Origin: Eledone cirrhosa
Lineage: Eukaryota
Direction: 5' to 3'
Length of the DNA: 64,000 nucleotides
Assembly: GCA_964016885.1 (NCBI GenBank)
Contig: OZ024750.1
Span: 25,110,001 to 25,174,000, forward strand
The notes beneath the pieces were generated by a model. That model saw only the letters and a list, made by a program, of their open reading frames with translations. It did no database searches and was not told the DNA's origin. The translations under genes and the position numbers were made by a program. The first letter of the stretch is position 1. Each line of letters begins with the position of its first letter. Positions 1-11,874 of the stretch are shown here, piece after piece.

Positions 1-3000
1 GCTCATACAGGAACTGATCTGGCTTGATTTCTACAGCTGGATGCCCTTCCTAACACCAACCTCATTTACAGTGAGTGCTGGGTGCTTTTTCGTGGCGCCT
101 ACACGTCCACTTTACAGTGTGGGCTGGGTGCTTTTTTGCCGTGGCACCTCCACGACCACCTTGCGGTGGGGGGGGGGGGGGGGGGGGCATATTGTTTATA
201 TGCTTCAGCATGTACCCATGGGAGGTCGGGTACCCTGTATTACTGCGTGACGCCAGAAGTCACGGTCGTGTGTCATTGACTTTGAGAGGTGTAGTTGGGT
301 AAGGTCGGCTTTTATCACCTCATCCCAAGTCATCTTGGGTCTCCCCACTCCGCGGTTTCCATCAACTTCTAGTGCTCTGCACCTTTTTATGCAGCTGTCA
401 TCCTTCATACGCATCACATGTCCATACCAGCGTAACCGCCTCTCCTGCACGCAGCATTTGATTCCTCTTATGCTCAGTCTCTCTCTCAATTCATTTATGC
501 TTTGTCGTTCACGTATATTACTGTTACACATCCATCGGAGCATGCAGGCTTCGTTTCTCTCTAATCTACGTAAGTCTTCCACCTTCAGCGCCCAGGTCTC
601 ACTACCATGCAACATCGCTGTTCGGATACACGCATCATACAGTCTGCCTTTCATTCTGAGGGAGAAGCCTTTTGCAGCTAGCAGTGGTAGTAGTTCCCTA
701 AACTTCTTCCATCCCGTTCTTACCCTAGTTATTGTACTTTCTGAGCACCCACCTCCGTTGCTAATTCGGTCACCTAGGTAGCAGAAGCTGTCTACTGTTT
801 CTACAGGGCCCTCCCAGAGATTGGTGGTACTTGTTTCCTGTGGCTGTTTGCTTGCTGTTTCAGCACAGCTGCTGCATGTGAATCCTACATTCTTAATTAA
901 GCTTCCTGAGATCCCGCTACATCTCTTGTGTACCCATTGTTTGCATTTGGGGCAAAGAATGGAGTTCCTACCTACACCTTTCCTACATACTGAGCAAGGC
1001 CATTTCCCTGAGGGGATCTGGGTTCTGTTTTCTCGTCTACTTATAAGGACCTTAGTCTTTGTCATGTTGACTTTGAGGCCCTTTCTCTCTAGTCCCTGCT
1101 TCCAGGTTTGGAATTTATTCTCTAGTTCTACCATAGATTCAGCTATGAGTGCGAGGTCATCAGCATACAGGAGTTCCCATGGGCATCCGGTCTTAAACTC
1201 CTCCGTTATTGCCTGCAGGACTATGATGAACAGGAGAGGGCTAAGAACAGAGCCCTGGTGGACCCCAACCTGTACGCTAAATTCCTCGCTATACTCATTG
1301 CCAATCCTAACTTTGCTGACTGCTCCCCTATACATGGCTTGTACCGCTTTCACAAGCCATTCATCTACTCCTAGTTTTCTAAGAGCCCACCAGATTACTG
1401 CACGTGGAACTCTGTCAAAGGCTTTCTCAAGGTCGACAAATGCCAAGTAGAGTGGCTTACTTTTAGCTAGGTACTTTTCCTGTAATTGCCTCACAAGGAA
1501 GAGCGCATCAGTGGTGCCTTTCCCTGGAACAAACCCAAATTGCATCTCGTCTATATTCACCCGGTCCCTAATCAGCTGTGCTATAACTCTTTCTGTTACT
1601 TTCATGACCTGGTCCATCAACTTTATACCTCTATAGTTTCCTCTATCTAGTGCATCGCCTTTACCTTTGTAGCAGTTGACAATGATGCTACTGCACCAAT
1701 CTTTTGGTATGGCCCCCTCTAGTATTACCTGGTTAACGATACGTGTGGTTATAGTGTGACCTACAGACCCAGATGCCTTCAGCATCTCGGCAGCTATACC
1801 CGATGGACCGGTTGCCTTCCCTATCTTCATATCTCTGATTGCCTTACTTACTACGCTGCCGCTGACTTGTACTGCTGGTCCCTCTATAGGGTCTACGTGG
1901 GGTAGGGTCTCTTCTTCCCATGCATTCTCCTCATTTAGTAATCTATCATAATGACTCTTCCATGCATCTTTCTTCTCAGCACTTGTGAGGGCAAGCTCAC
2001 CTTTATCATTCCGGATACACTTCTCTCCAATGACATCACAACTATCTCTGACACACTGCCTCGCAATCTTGAATACCTCCTGTTTCTGGTCCTCACGTTG
2101 TAAAACATGCTTGAATTTTCTATCCTCTGCTTCCCTCCTAGCTAAGTATACTTGTCGCCTAGCTTCCCTCTTGGTCTCTATGTAATGTACCCTGCTCCCC
2201 CCGTTCTTCCATTCTTTCCATGCCTGTCTCTTGGCCTTGACTGCTTCATCTACTTTATTGTTCCACCACCAAGTCACTCTCCTCCTGCTTGAGGTCTTAC
2301 TCCAGCCACAAACCTCATCCGTCGCCTCTAGTAAGTTATTTTTTAGGAACTCCCAGTTCTCTTCTACGTTAAATGTCTCTATCTGTTCTTCTTTACTGTC
2401 GTAGGCGTTGAGTAAAATATCTTTAAATCTGTTACTGGTTGAGGGGACTTTCAGCTTCCAGATCTTTCTTCTCCAGGTTGGCCTCTGTTTCAGGGCTCGT
2501 CTAGTTCTGACCGTGAGGTCGCTGACAACTAAGCTATGTTGGGATGTACATTCCTCACTAGGGAAGGCTTTTGTGTTTACGACCGTCCATCTGTCACGTC
2601 CTCTGATGAGAATAAAATCTAACTGACTAGAGTGCTCCCCTGATCTATAGGTGATCAGGTGGTTGTCGGGTTTTTTAAAGTTTGTGTTACATATCGACAT
2701 GTCATTGGCGTCGCAGAATTCTAGAAGTCTGAATCCTTCCTCATTCCTTGTGCCAACTCCATGGCCTCCATGTACTCTATTGAAGCCGTCGCAGTGTTTA
2801 CCTACGTGTCCGTTAAAATCTCCTGCAATGATTAGGAAGTCCTTGTCGTCTGTTAGAGCAGTAGTGTGTATTAGGGACTCGTAAAACCTATCCTTAAGTT
2901 CGTCTGGCAGCCCCGATTGGGGTGCGTAAGCTGATATTATTGTGGTAATTGTCTTATTCAGGACTAGTCTGAGTTTAATGATTCTTGCATTTACCCTGTA

Positions 3001-3570
3001 CACTGAGATTACTTTATCTACCCACTTGTCAGCTAATAGTATACCTACACCACCCATCCCATCGTCGTTTCCCACCCAGAAAAATTTGTAGCACTGGCTT
3101 TTTCCTACAAGGACTCTAGCAGACCCTCCTCTCCATCTAGTCTCTTGCACACAGCATACATCAACTTCCTTTCGCTCTAGCATTTCTACGATTTCTCCTG
3201 CTCTTCCTTTCATTGAGCCTACATTGATGGTACCAACTCGGAGTTTTGGGCATTTGTCGACACTCGTAGGGGAGGGTCTCTGGGTTGGCGCTTCACGTGG
3301 GTGCTTGGTAGCTCGCAGATTCATATTTCATCTATTGATTCAGAGTTGCTCGTGTATTCCCAGCTCATCCATCCATAACGGTGGGAAAATTGAGGGCTAG
3401 AAGGACAGTGGTGGTGGGGTAATGGCAGGGTGTGTTGGGATGCGCCAGAGGAGGAGAGAGTTAGTTAGGCAGGTAGTAGCAGCAGCAGCAGTGGAAATGG
3501 CATGCTAGGTTTGATTGGTCGAATAGACTATGGTGGTGTGTGAGGGTGGGGGGGAGGGAAATTGTGAGGT
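1..3570 (-). mobile_element. RTE LINE body with 3' UTR (running off the window start) and 5' UTR
   Basis: ORF above. Positions 1-204 match the 3' UTR motifs of other RTE copies and SINE tails in the window (cactgtaaatgaggttggtgttaggaagggcatccagctgtagaaa). The 5' boundary is uncertain. Confidence 0.85.
205..3324 (-). CDS. RTE-clade non-LTR retrotransposon ORF (APE endonuclease + reverse transcriptase), intact
   Basis: 1039-aa open frame. APE motifs: TINVGS, VQETR, SAYAPQ, GDFNGH, SQLDFIL, SQH. RT motifs: YRGIKL, QFGFVPG, FVDLEKAFDRV, GVHQGSVLSPLLF, LLYADD, CYLG. RTE-type C-terminus RRLRWYGHV...GRPK.TW. Confidence 0.95.
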   Translation of the reverse strand: MNLRATKHPREAPTQRPSPTSVDKCPKLRVGTINVGSMKGRAGEIVEMLERKEVDVCCVQETRWRGGSARVLVGKSQCYKFFWVGNDDGMGGVGILLADKWVDKVISVYRVNARIIKLRLVLNKTITTIISAYAPQSGLPDELKDRFYESLIHTTALTDDKDFLIIAGDFNGHVGKHCDGFNRVHGGHGVGTRNEEGFRLLEFCDANDMSICNTNFKKPDNHLITYRSGEHSSQLDFILIRGRDRWTVVNTKAFPSEECTSQHSLVVSDLTVRTRRALKQRPTWRRKIWKLKVPSTSNRFKDILLNAYDSKEEQIETFNVEENWEFLKNNLLEATDEVCGWSKTSSRRRVTWWWNNKVDEAVKAKRQAWKEWKNGGSRVHYIETKREARRQVYLARREAEDRKFKHVLQREDQKQEVFKIARQCVRDSCDVIGEKCIRNDKGELALTSAEKKDAWKSHYDRLLNEENAWEEETLPHVDPIEGPAVQVSGSVVSKAIRDMKIGKATGPSGIAAEMLKASGSVGHTITTRIVNQVILEGAIPKDWCSSIIVNCYKGKGDALDRGNYRGIKLMDQVMKVTERVIAQLIRDRVNIDEMQFGFVPGKGTTDALFLVRQLQEKYLAKSKPLYLAFVDLEKAFDRVPRAVIWWALRKLGVDEWLVKAVQAMYRGAVSKVRIGNEYSEEFSVQVGVHQGSVLSPLLFIIVLQAITEEFKTGCPWELLYADDLALIAESMVELENKFQTWKQGLERKGLKVNMTKTKVLISRRENRTQIPSGKWPCSVCRKGVGRNSILCPKCKQWVHKRCSGISGSLIKNVGFTCSSCAETASKQPQETSTTNLWEGPVETVDSFCYLGDRISNGGGCSESTITRVRTGWKKFRELLPLLAAKGFSLRMKGRLYDACIRTAMLHGSETWALKVEDLRRLERNEACMLRWMCNSNIRERQSINELRERLSIRGIKCCVQERRLRWYGHVMRMKDDSCIKRCRALEVDGNRGVGRPKMTWDEVIKADLTQLHLSKSMTHDRDFWRHAVIQGTRPPMGTC

Positions 3571-5192
3571 AGGAACTGAGGGTCGCATGGTAAATATCCA
3601 AGTTAATACTACATCAGTAAAATTAACAATAATAACGTCATGAAAAAAGCTACTAAGAGAAACCCTCGAAAATTTATCGTTAATACAGCAGGGAAAATTT
3701 AACGCTAATACAGCAGGGAACATCATAATATTAACGACATGAAAAAGCTACTAAGAGAATCCCTCGAAAATTTATCGCTAATACAGCAGGGAAAATTTAA
3801 CGCTAATACAGCAGGGAACATCATAATATTAACGACATGAAAAAGCTACTAAGAGAAACCCTCGAAAATTTATCGCTAATACAGCAGGGAAAATTTAACG
3901 CTAATACAGCAGGGAACATCATAATATTAACGACAATATGTAGGCTAAAATACCTTCGTAGATTAGGTGGATGGCTGGCTGGGAAAATTTGAATCAGCTC
4001 TACTTGTACATTTTAGCAGAGAAGAATGGCAAAGTGTCTTATCTCTTCAATATTTTCAGATTGAATGAATTAGGTTAAAGACAGGGTAGTAAGCCTTAAA
4101 GAAGTGCATAGAGGGGGGGGGGGGGGGGTAGGAACTGAGGGTCGCATGGTAAATAACTGAAAGAGATACAATAGGATTAGAATACCGCATGGTAAATATC
4201 CAAGTTAATAAGTTAATACTACATCAGTAAAATTAACAATAATAACGTCATGAAAAAAGCTACTAAGAGAAACCCTCGAAAATTTATCGTTAATACAGCA
4301 GGGAAAATTTAACGCTAATACAGCAGGGAACATCATAATATTAACGACATGAAAAAGCTACTAAGAGAATCCCTCGAAAATTTATCGCTAATACAGCAGG
4401 GAAAATTTAACGCTAATACAGCAGGGAACATCATAATATTAACGACATGAAAAAGCTACTAAGAGAAACCCTCGAAAATTTATCGCTAATACAGCAGGGA
4501 AAATTTAACGCTAATACAGCAGGGAACATCATAATATTAACGACAATATGTAGGCTAAAATACCTTCGTAGATTAGGTGGATGGCTGGCTGGGAAAATTT
4601 GAATCAGCTCTACTGGTACATTTTAGCAGAGAAGAATGGCAAAGTGTCTTATCTCTTCAATATTTTCAGATTGAATGAATTAGGTTAAAGACAGGGTAGT
4701 AAGCCTTAAAGAAGTGCATAGAGGGGGGGGGGGTAGGAACTGAGGGTCGCATGGTAAATAACTGAAAGAGATACAATAGGATTAGAATACCGCATGGTAA
4801 ATATCCAAGTTAATAAGTTAATACTACATCAGTAAAATTAACAATAATAACGTCATGAAAAAAGCTACTAAGAGAAACCCTCGAAAATTTATCGCTAATA
4901 CAGCAGGGAAAATTTAACGCTAATACAGCAGGGAACATCATAATATTAACGACATGAAAAAGCTACTAAGAGAAACCCTCGAAAATTTATCGCTAATACA
5001 GCAGGGAAAATTTAACGCTAATACAGCAGGGAACATCATAATATTAACGACATGAAAAAGCTACTAAGAGAAACCCTCGAAAATTTATCGCTAATACAGC
5101 AGGGAAAATTTAACGCTAATACAGCAGGGAACATCATAATATTAACGACAATATGTAGGCTAAAATACCTTCGTAGATTAGGTGGATGGCTG
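3570..5192. repeat. Hierarchical tandem repeat: ~605-610 bp units (about 2.7 copies), each with three ~98 bp subunits
   Basis: taggctaaaataccttcg recurs at 3941, 4551 and 5156. catgaaaaagctactaagag recurs every 98 bp. Confidence 0.9.
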
Positions 5193-5269
5193 ATATATAG
5201 ATTTATATATTGCTGATATATAGATTTATATATTGAATGAATATTTTGACAATAGATGTAAAGAAAACA

Positions 5270-5600
5270 GGGACAAATTTATCTGACAATATTGATATAT
5301 AAGACAGTGTATCTTTTAAATATTATTGATTTCTATAATACCAATTTAGCAATAAGTTTATCCCACAGTATTGATACATATAACACTGTATCCTGTAGAT
5401 ATTGATTTCTATAATCCCAATTTATTGATCAGTTTATCTGGCAGTATTGATTTTTATAATACCAATTTATCAATCAGTTTATCTCACAGTATTTCTATAT
5501 ATGACAGTATCTTGTAGATATTATTGATTCCTATAATACCAATTTACCAATCAGTTTATCTGGCTGTATTGATTTCTATAATACCAATTTACCAATGCAA
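5270..5600. repeat. Degenerate minisatellite (tattgatttctataataccaattt...cagtttatc)
   Basis: Imperfect repeated motif visible several times. Confidence 0.6.
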
Positions 5601-6144
5601 GATAGAAAGCTTCATATAATTAACAAACAACCGAAACAACATTAACTTATAAAATTAACTTTCCTATAAAACAACTCAATTTATTGAGAAAAAAAAAAAA
5701 TTATCAACAAACAACCAAAACATTATTAATCTGTAAAATTAACTTTTTGTACAAAGATAATCCATAAATATTGTATTAATATTTTCAGTCTTTAAGATGA
5801 AAAAAAAAAAAAAAAAGAAATGTAGTTGAATTTGTTTATAGATTAAGATTTAAAAATAATAATAAAAAAAAAAAAATTAGCACCAAAACACTTTTGATAT
5901 TTTCTTCAACTCAGAATTGATGCAAGTCTACTTGCACACAAAAATACAGACATTTCCAGGTATGGCATTAAGATATTTGGTTGTTCAACCCTCTCCCTCT
6001 TCATATATATCTCAGTTAATGTTGTGTGTGTGCCTCTCAGTCTGTGTGGGTGTTTACTATACATTCTGTGTTCTTCAATTCACCTTGTACCTAGGTCATG
6101 TTAAAATCAATATATTTCATATGTTAATATATATTGGTTCATGT

Positions 6145-6580
6145 GGTCAGTGGATTTGCAGTAATCAATAGAACGTTGGACAACATACATTGCAGCATAT
6201 GGTTATGACCCTTTACTGTCTGAGTTCAAATCCGGCTGAAGTTAGCTTTGTCTTTCATCCTTACGGGGTTGACAAAATAATGTACCAGTTATGTATGGGG
6301 GTTGATTTAATTGACTTGCCCCTCCCTTCAATTTGCTGGCCTTGTGCCAAATGTAGAAACAATTCTTTATTGGTTCATGGGGTCAGTAGACTGGCAGAAT
6401 TGGTGAAGGCTTGGACAACAAGCTTTACACTATTTAGTTTTGGCTATTTACACTCTGAGGTTAATTTTGCCTTTTATCCTTTAGAAGTCAATAAAATAAA
6501 GTACCAGTTAAGTACTGGGGTTAATATAATTGATTTCTCCCCTTCTCCCAAATTGCTGGTCTTGTGCCAATCTTAGAAAT
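6145..6580 (+). mobile_element. Two degenerate tRNA-derived SINE copies (Meta-like family)
   Basis: gagttcaaatcc B-box in the first copy. Both have the gttaactttgcctttcatcc...ataaaataaagtaccag body and the gctggccttgtgccaaa tail. Confidence 0.7.
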
Positions 6581-7254
6581 CATATCATATATTGTTTTGC
6601 TTCTCAATCACAGGGTTTTAGGTTTGATGCTACTGTACATAACTTTGGTCAAACTGTCTTCTATCAAACCATCAAGTTAACCCAAGCCTTGTCAGTAAAA
6701 TTAGGGATATGGAAACTGTATAGACTCTACCTAAGATTTGAAGGTTTAGTCATGTCCAGAAGATGGCATAAAAGGTACTCATGTCTGGAATGTCCAATCA
6801 CTTAAACTACGGTACAACATAAATCTATTTAAATCCTCTATTTCATTTTCAAATAAGAACTCTGCTTTGGTTTACTTTTTGTTGGTTCTACATACAAATG
6901 TTTCAATTTTAAAAATATGCATAGTTTGTATCACTTTGGAAAAGTGTGTGTGTGTGATAGAGATTTTAATAAATGATTAGTCAAAATTTTGAATTATAAT
7001 CAACTGAATATTCACTTGGGTTTCTATTTTAATTTCTGTTACAAACAACTTTGGTATGATTTTTTAAAAATAAATGTTTTCTTTTTTATTAAGAATCTTA
7101 ATGAGTTTTAATGTTTAAACTAAAATATTCAGAAACAAAATTCATTAGTTCTCATTTTTAAATGATTAAAATATGTGGAATAATTTCAGAAGCTAAATCT
7201 TATTTTCTTTATTATTATTTTTATCATTACTACTACTATTATTATTATTATAAT

Positions 7255-7945
7255 GCACTGGGATAATTGCTGGCCTTGTGCCAAAAGTAGAAACAATTAT
7301 TATTATTATTTCTTCATCATCATCATCATCGGGTTTAGCGTCCGTGTTCCACGCTTGCATGGGTTTGATTATTATTGTAAAGCATTGGATCATATGCTTT
7401 GCAGCATAGTTATATTCCTTTACGTTCAGAGTTCAAATCCCATCGAGGTTAACTTTGTCTTTCATCCTTACGGGGTCGATAAAGTACCAGTAATACACTG
7501 GGATAATTGCTGGCCTTGTGCCAAAAGGAGAAACAATTATTGTTATTATTATTATTAAGGCAGTGGATTGGCAGTATCGGTAGAGGGTCAGATACCATGC
7601 TTTCCAGCATAGTTACATCCCTTAACGATCTGAGTTCAAATCCCGCCAAGGTTGACTTTGCCTTTCATCCTTACGGGGTCGATAAAATAAAGTACCAGTA
7701 ATGCACTGGGTAATTACTGGTCTTGTGCCAAAAGTAGAAACAATTATTATTATTAAGAGCGGTGGATTGGCAGAATTGGTAGAGCGTCAGATATCTTGCT
7801 TTGCAGCATAGAGTTATGGCCCTTTACGTTCTGAGTTCAAACTCCGCCGAGGTTAACTTTGCCTTAGGGGATAAAATAAAGTACCAGTAATGTACTGAGA
7901 TAATTGCTGGCTTTGTGCCTAAATCAGAAACCATTATTATTATCA
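7255..7945 (+). mobile_element. Tandem cluster of tRNA-derived SINEs (Meta-like central domain)
   Basis: A-box tggcagtatcgg, B-box gagttcaaatcc, central gcctttcatccttacggggtcgataaaataaagtaccag and (tta)n tails. The Meta-domain assignment is from recalled consensus only. Confidence 0.8.
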
Positions 7946-7949
7946 TTAT

Positions 7950-8232
7950 ATCCTCTCTCAGGATTGATCTTAATTCCTGGTTTCGTCAAGTGGTCTGAGG
8001 TATCATGGCGTTGTTTCCTTCTTCTCAGTTTACATGCAATACATTTCACATTATCCTAAGCAAACAAGGTTTCTGTAGCATTTCTACTTACTAAAGATTC
8101 AGGTTTAGTTATTTATTTATTTTTCTTTCAATCCATGAAAATTCTTTGTAATTGTCCCTGAGGCACCAATGACTACTGGTATCACTTCTACCTTTTTCAT
8201 CTTCCACATTCTTGAAATTTCATTCTTCAGGG
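7950..8232 (-). pseudogene. R4/Dong-like non-LTR retrotransposon C-terminal (restriction-like endonuclease) relic
   Basis: Minus-strand translation LKNEISRMWKMKKVEVIPVVIGASGTITK...MLQKPCLLR, followed by a (taa)n tail. Confidence 0.65.
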
Positions 8233-8644
8233 GAACCTTTTTTTGTTTTTATTATTACTATTAATGTTATTTCATTAGATATAACTTAATTCCAAAATCT
8301 GTAATGTGTTAACTCAGATGGTGGTAGGTGGAAGCTGTAGTTAAGTTTAAGAAATTTAAAATTAAATTATTTGTTGAGGTTAGGAAAATGTTTTTTCATG
8401 TAAATTTCTCAATTCTCTGGGATAATGCAGCAAGTTGCCAGAAGATGCAAAACGTTGCATCAAGATGCATTTATATGCACAACGTTGCATCAAGTGTTAG
8501 GAATGTTCTATAGACATTTCTATATTTTTAAAGGAATGACTGCTGAATTATTTATGATTATCTGCTACCAAGTAAATAAAATTTGAGAAAATATAACGAT
8601 GGTAAATGGATGCTTGAGAAAATGTTGGCTGGAGAAGATTTAAT

Positions 8645-8883
8645 TGTTCTTTAGATTTACATGATGTTGGTTATGAAAATGTCATGCTAAGGGTCATTTG
8701 CCTTCTAGAAGTAATAGCTAAATCTTCCTTAAATTACACTTTGGAATACATTTATTTAGTGTATCCTTTAATATTTTGAAAGAAAGTGTAATTTAAGGAA
8801 GATTTGGCTACTACTTCTAGCAGGCAAATTACCTTGTTAGCATCACATTTTCATAGCCAATGTTATGTAAATCTAAAGAACAA
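8645..8883. repeat. Imperfect inverted repeat, ~95 bp arms
   Basis: ttgttctttagatttacat...aaattacacttt (8645-8741) versus aaagtgtaattt...atgtaaatctaaagaacaa (8783-8883). Confidence 0.8.
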
Positions 8884-9136
8884 CTGAGAAAATACAAGAT
8901 GGCCATAGCTGGAATACTTTTGTTCATAGGTCTGCATGATCAGGGATGACTTAGTGTTAAATAAGCATGAAATGTAAAGCTAACATCTTCAGGATTTGAA
9001 CTGAGAATGTAAAGGGCTGTAACTATCTGCTGCAAAGCATGGTGTCCGACACTCTATTAATTACTACCAATCTACCACCCTAACATTATAATATAATACT
9101 GAATTTTTAACTGCTCAGTTATTCTAGTTTACTAAT

Positions 9137-9538
9137 TAACACATTTAAACCGGCTTATCCAGGCAGAATTCTTTCACCTCTTTCTTTTCAAACTGGCTAT
9201 AACTGGCCTTTCATACTGATGTTAAGGCATTGTTCTCAAAATATCTCGTAGATTCAATATTATGTGTGATAAAGCTTTTACCACAAAAATACAATAGTAT
9301 ATATAGAGTAATGTAAATGCTAAAGGGTTAAACGAGCTGTATCCGACCAAAATCCTCTCACCTCTTTCTGTTTAAATCGGCTGTAACCAGCCATTCATAG
9401 TGATGTTAAGGTATTGTTCTCAAAGTAAACATCATAATATCATAGATTCAATATTATGTGAAGTAAAGCTTTTACTGTGAAAATATAACAGTAAATACAA
9501 TAGTAAATATAGAGTAATGTAAATGCTAAAAGGTTAAC
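9137..9538 (-). mobile_element. Two tandem degenerate copies of the piggyBac-like MITE
   Basis: Right ends tagagtaatgtaaatgctaaagggttaa and ...ctaaaaggttaa. Body is homologous to 57395-57607. Confidence 0.7.
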
Positions 9539-10079
9539 ACACTGAATATCTTGTCTTTCGACAAAATAACACTTAATGTGACTAATGTAATGTTTTTTTT
9601 GTTGTTTTGTTTTTGTCTTTAGCTATGAGAAGTCTGTTTTGGTGTTAAGTAGTAAATGATTGTGTAAACTATAATATTACATCAGTAAGGAAATGTTTAC
9701 AGAAAAGGTGACAAGATGCGTGAACCTGTACAGTCATTTCTCTGACTAAGCAGTTTACCAGTAAAACTACTGCTGCTACTACTACTACTGATGTTGTCTA
9801 CTTTTAAGAAATGGATTATCTTAAAGAACTATAGACATTATATCAACTGATGACAATAATTAATACTATTATATATGTCCAGGCAGGGAAAGCGGATGTT
9901 AAAGCAACGATGATGATGATGATGATGATGTCATTATGTGATTATTTAATGTGTTTGTCTCTTTTATTGAGCTTTTATTTATATCTTTTCTAACACTAAT
10001 GTGCTACACTTAGTCATCATCATCACAATCAACATCATAAACATCACTAGCATCATCATCGCCACCGTCATCATCATCG

Positions 10080-10345
10080 TTTGCTCTTCCACAGTTGCAT
10101 GGGTTAGACATGAGGCAGTGTTCTACAGCCAGTATGGAGCATATTCCATTGGTGTTTGTAGAACAGTTAAGCTGTAGGGTTCTTGTGAAGATGTGCAGAT
10201 ACACATCTTACACACACAAAAGGCTTCTCTACAGTTTCTGTCCACCAAATTTGCTCACATGGCAATAGTAGAAGACACTTGTCTAAGGTGCCATGCACTG
10301 GAATAGAAACCAAGAACATTTCGTTGGGAATCAAAGCTCTTAACC
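10080..10345 (-). mobile_element. Degenerate SINE (CORE-like) with (gat)n tail
   Basis: gacacttgtctaaggtgccatgca is the reverse complement of a CORE-like ccttgggcaagtgtc segment, and a (cat)n tail lies to its left. Confidence 0.5.
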
Positions 10346-10391
10346 TCACAGCTTCGTTATAATTATACATCCACCAATATTACGTATCTAA

Positions 10392-10596
10392 CCCTTTAGC
10401 ATTTACATTACTCTATATATATATACTATTGTATTTTTGTGGTAAAGGCTTTCTTATATAATATTGAATCTGAGATTTTGATATTTATTTTGAGAACAAT
10501 ACCTTAACATCAGTATGAGCAGCCAATTACAGCCGGTTTGAACAGAAAGAGGTGAGAGAATTCTGGTCGGATATGATTGGTTTAAATACTAAAGGG
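10392..10596 (+). mobile_element. piggyBac-like MITE copy
   Basis: TIRs ccctttagcattta ... taaatactaaaggg. Confidence 0.75.
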
Positions 10597-11363
10597 TTGG
10601 TCATTGCTGTCAGATATGTCAAATATAAGATATCTTTCAGTGACCTCAAATGACCTAGTGGTTAGGGTGTTGGACTCATTATCATAAGATCACAGGTTCA
10701 ATACTTGGACTAAGCAGTGTGTTGTGTTCTTGGACAAAACACATCCTTTTACAATGTTTTTCATGAGAAGACTGAGGCCCATATCATTAAAACACCCGAG
10801 AAACCTCCTATGAGATGCAACTTCATAGGAGGTCAACTAAAATTACATAACTGTGAGCTGTAAATTTCATTTTTTTTCAATTCTTCTGCTCCAACTAGTG
10901 AATTATTATTTAGCTGTTAGCTTTTATAGGTTCTCTAGTTACTAATTCAACAAAAAATAACAAAAAAAAAAAAAAAAACCCAACAAAAAAATAACAAAAA
11001 AAAAAACAAACCCAACAAACCTTTGTGTTTCTTTCCATTCTCTGGTTCTTTGACGAATCTGTTCATAGCTAAATTATTTCCTTCAACAAACATTAACACA
11101 TTACTGCTTTCAACCATTGTATGTTTTTATATATAGTGTGTCTTTATGTAGCATAGTGTGCCTGTGTAAAGTATGTATGTATGTATATAGTGTGTCTATA
11201 TATAGTATAGTGTAGTATGTCTGTGTATAGCTAAATTATTTCTTTCAACAATCATGCAATCATTACTGTTCTAAACCATAGTATGTCTTTATATATTATA
11301 GTATGTCTAAACTATAGTATCATCATCATTAACGTCTATCTGCCACACTAGCATGGGGTTTGT

Positions 11364-11865
11364 ATATAGTATGTCTGTATATATTATGTCTGTATATATT
11401 ATGTCTGAATATAGTATGTCTGAATATAGTATGTCTGTATATAGTATGTCTGTATATAGTATGTCTGTATATAGTATGTCTGTATATAGTATGTCTGTAT
11501 ATAGTATGTCTGTATATAGTATGTCTGTATATAGTATGTCTGTATATAGTATGTCTGTATATAGTATGTCTGTATATAGTATGTCTGTATATAGTATGTC
11601 TGTATATAGTATGTCTGCATATAGTATGTCTGCATATAGTATGTCTGCATATAGTATGTCTGCATATAGTATGTCTGTATATAGTATGTCTGTATATAGT
11701 ATGTCTGTATATAGTATGTCTGTATATAGTATGTCTGTATATAGTATGTCTGTATATAGTATGTCTGTATATAGTATGTCTGTATATAGTATGTCTGTAT
11801 ATAGTATGTCTGTATATAGTATGTCTGAATATAGTATGTCTGAATATAGTATGTCTGAATACAGT
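11364..11865. repeat. 15-bp minisatellite (tatagtatgtctgta)n
   Basis: More than 30 near-perfect units. Confidence 0.97.
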
Positions 11866-11874
11866 TTATTATAT

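Noticed and set aside
335-2884. Plus-strand ORFs overlapping the LINE
   Set aside because: Antisense shadows of the RTE ORF.
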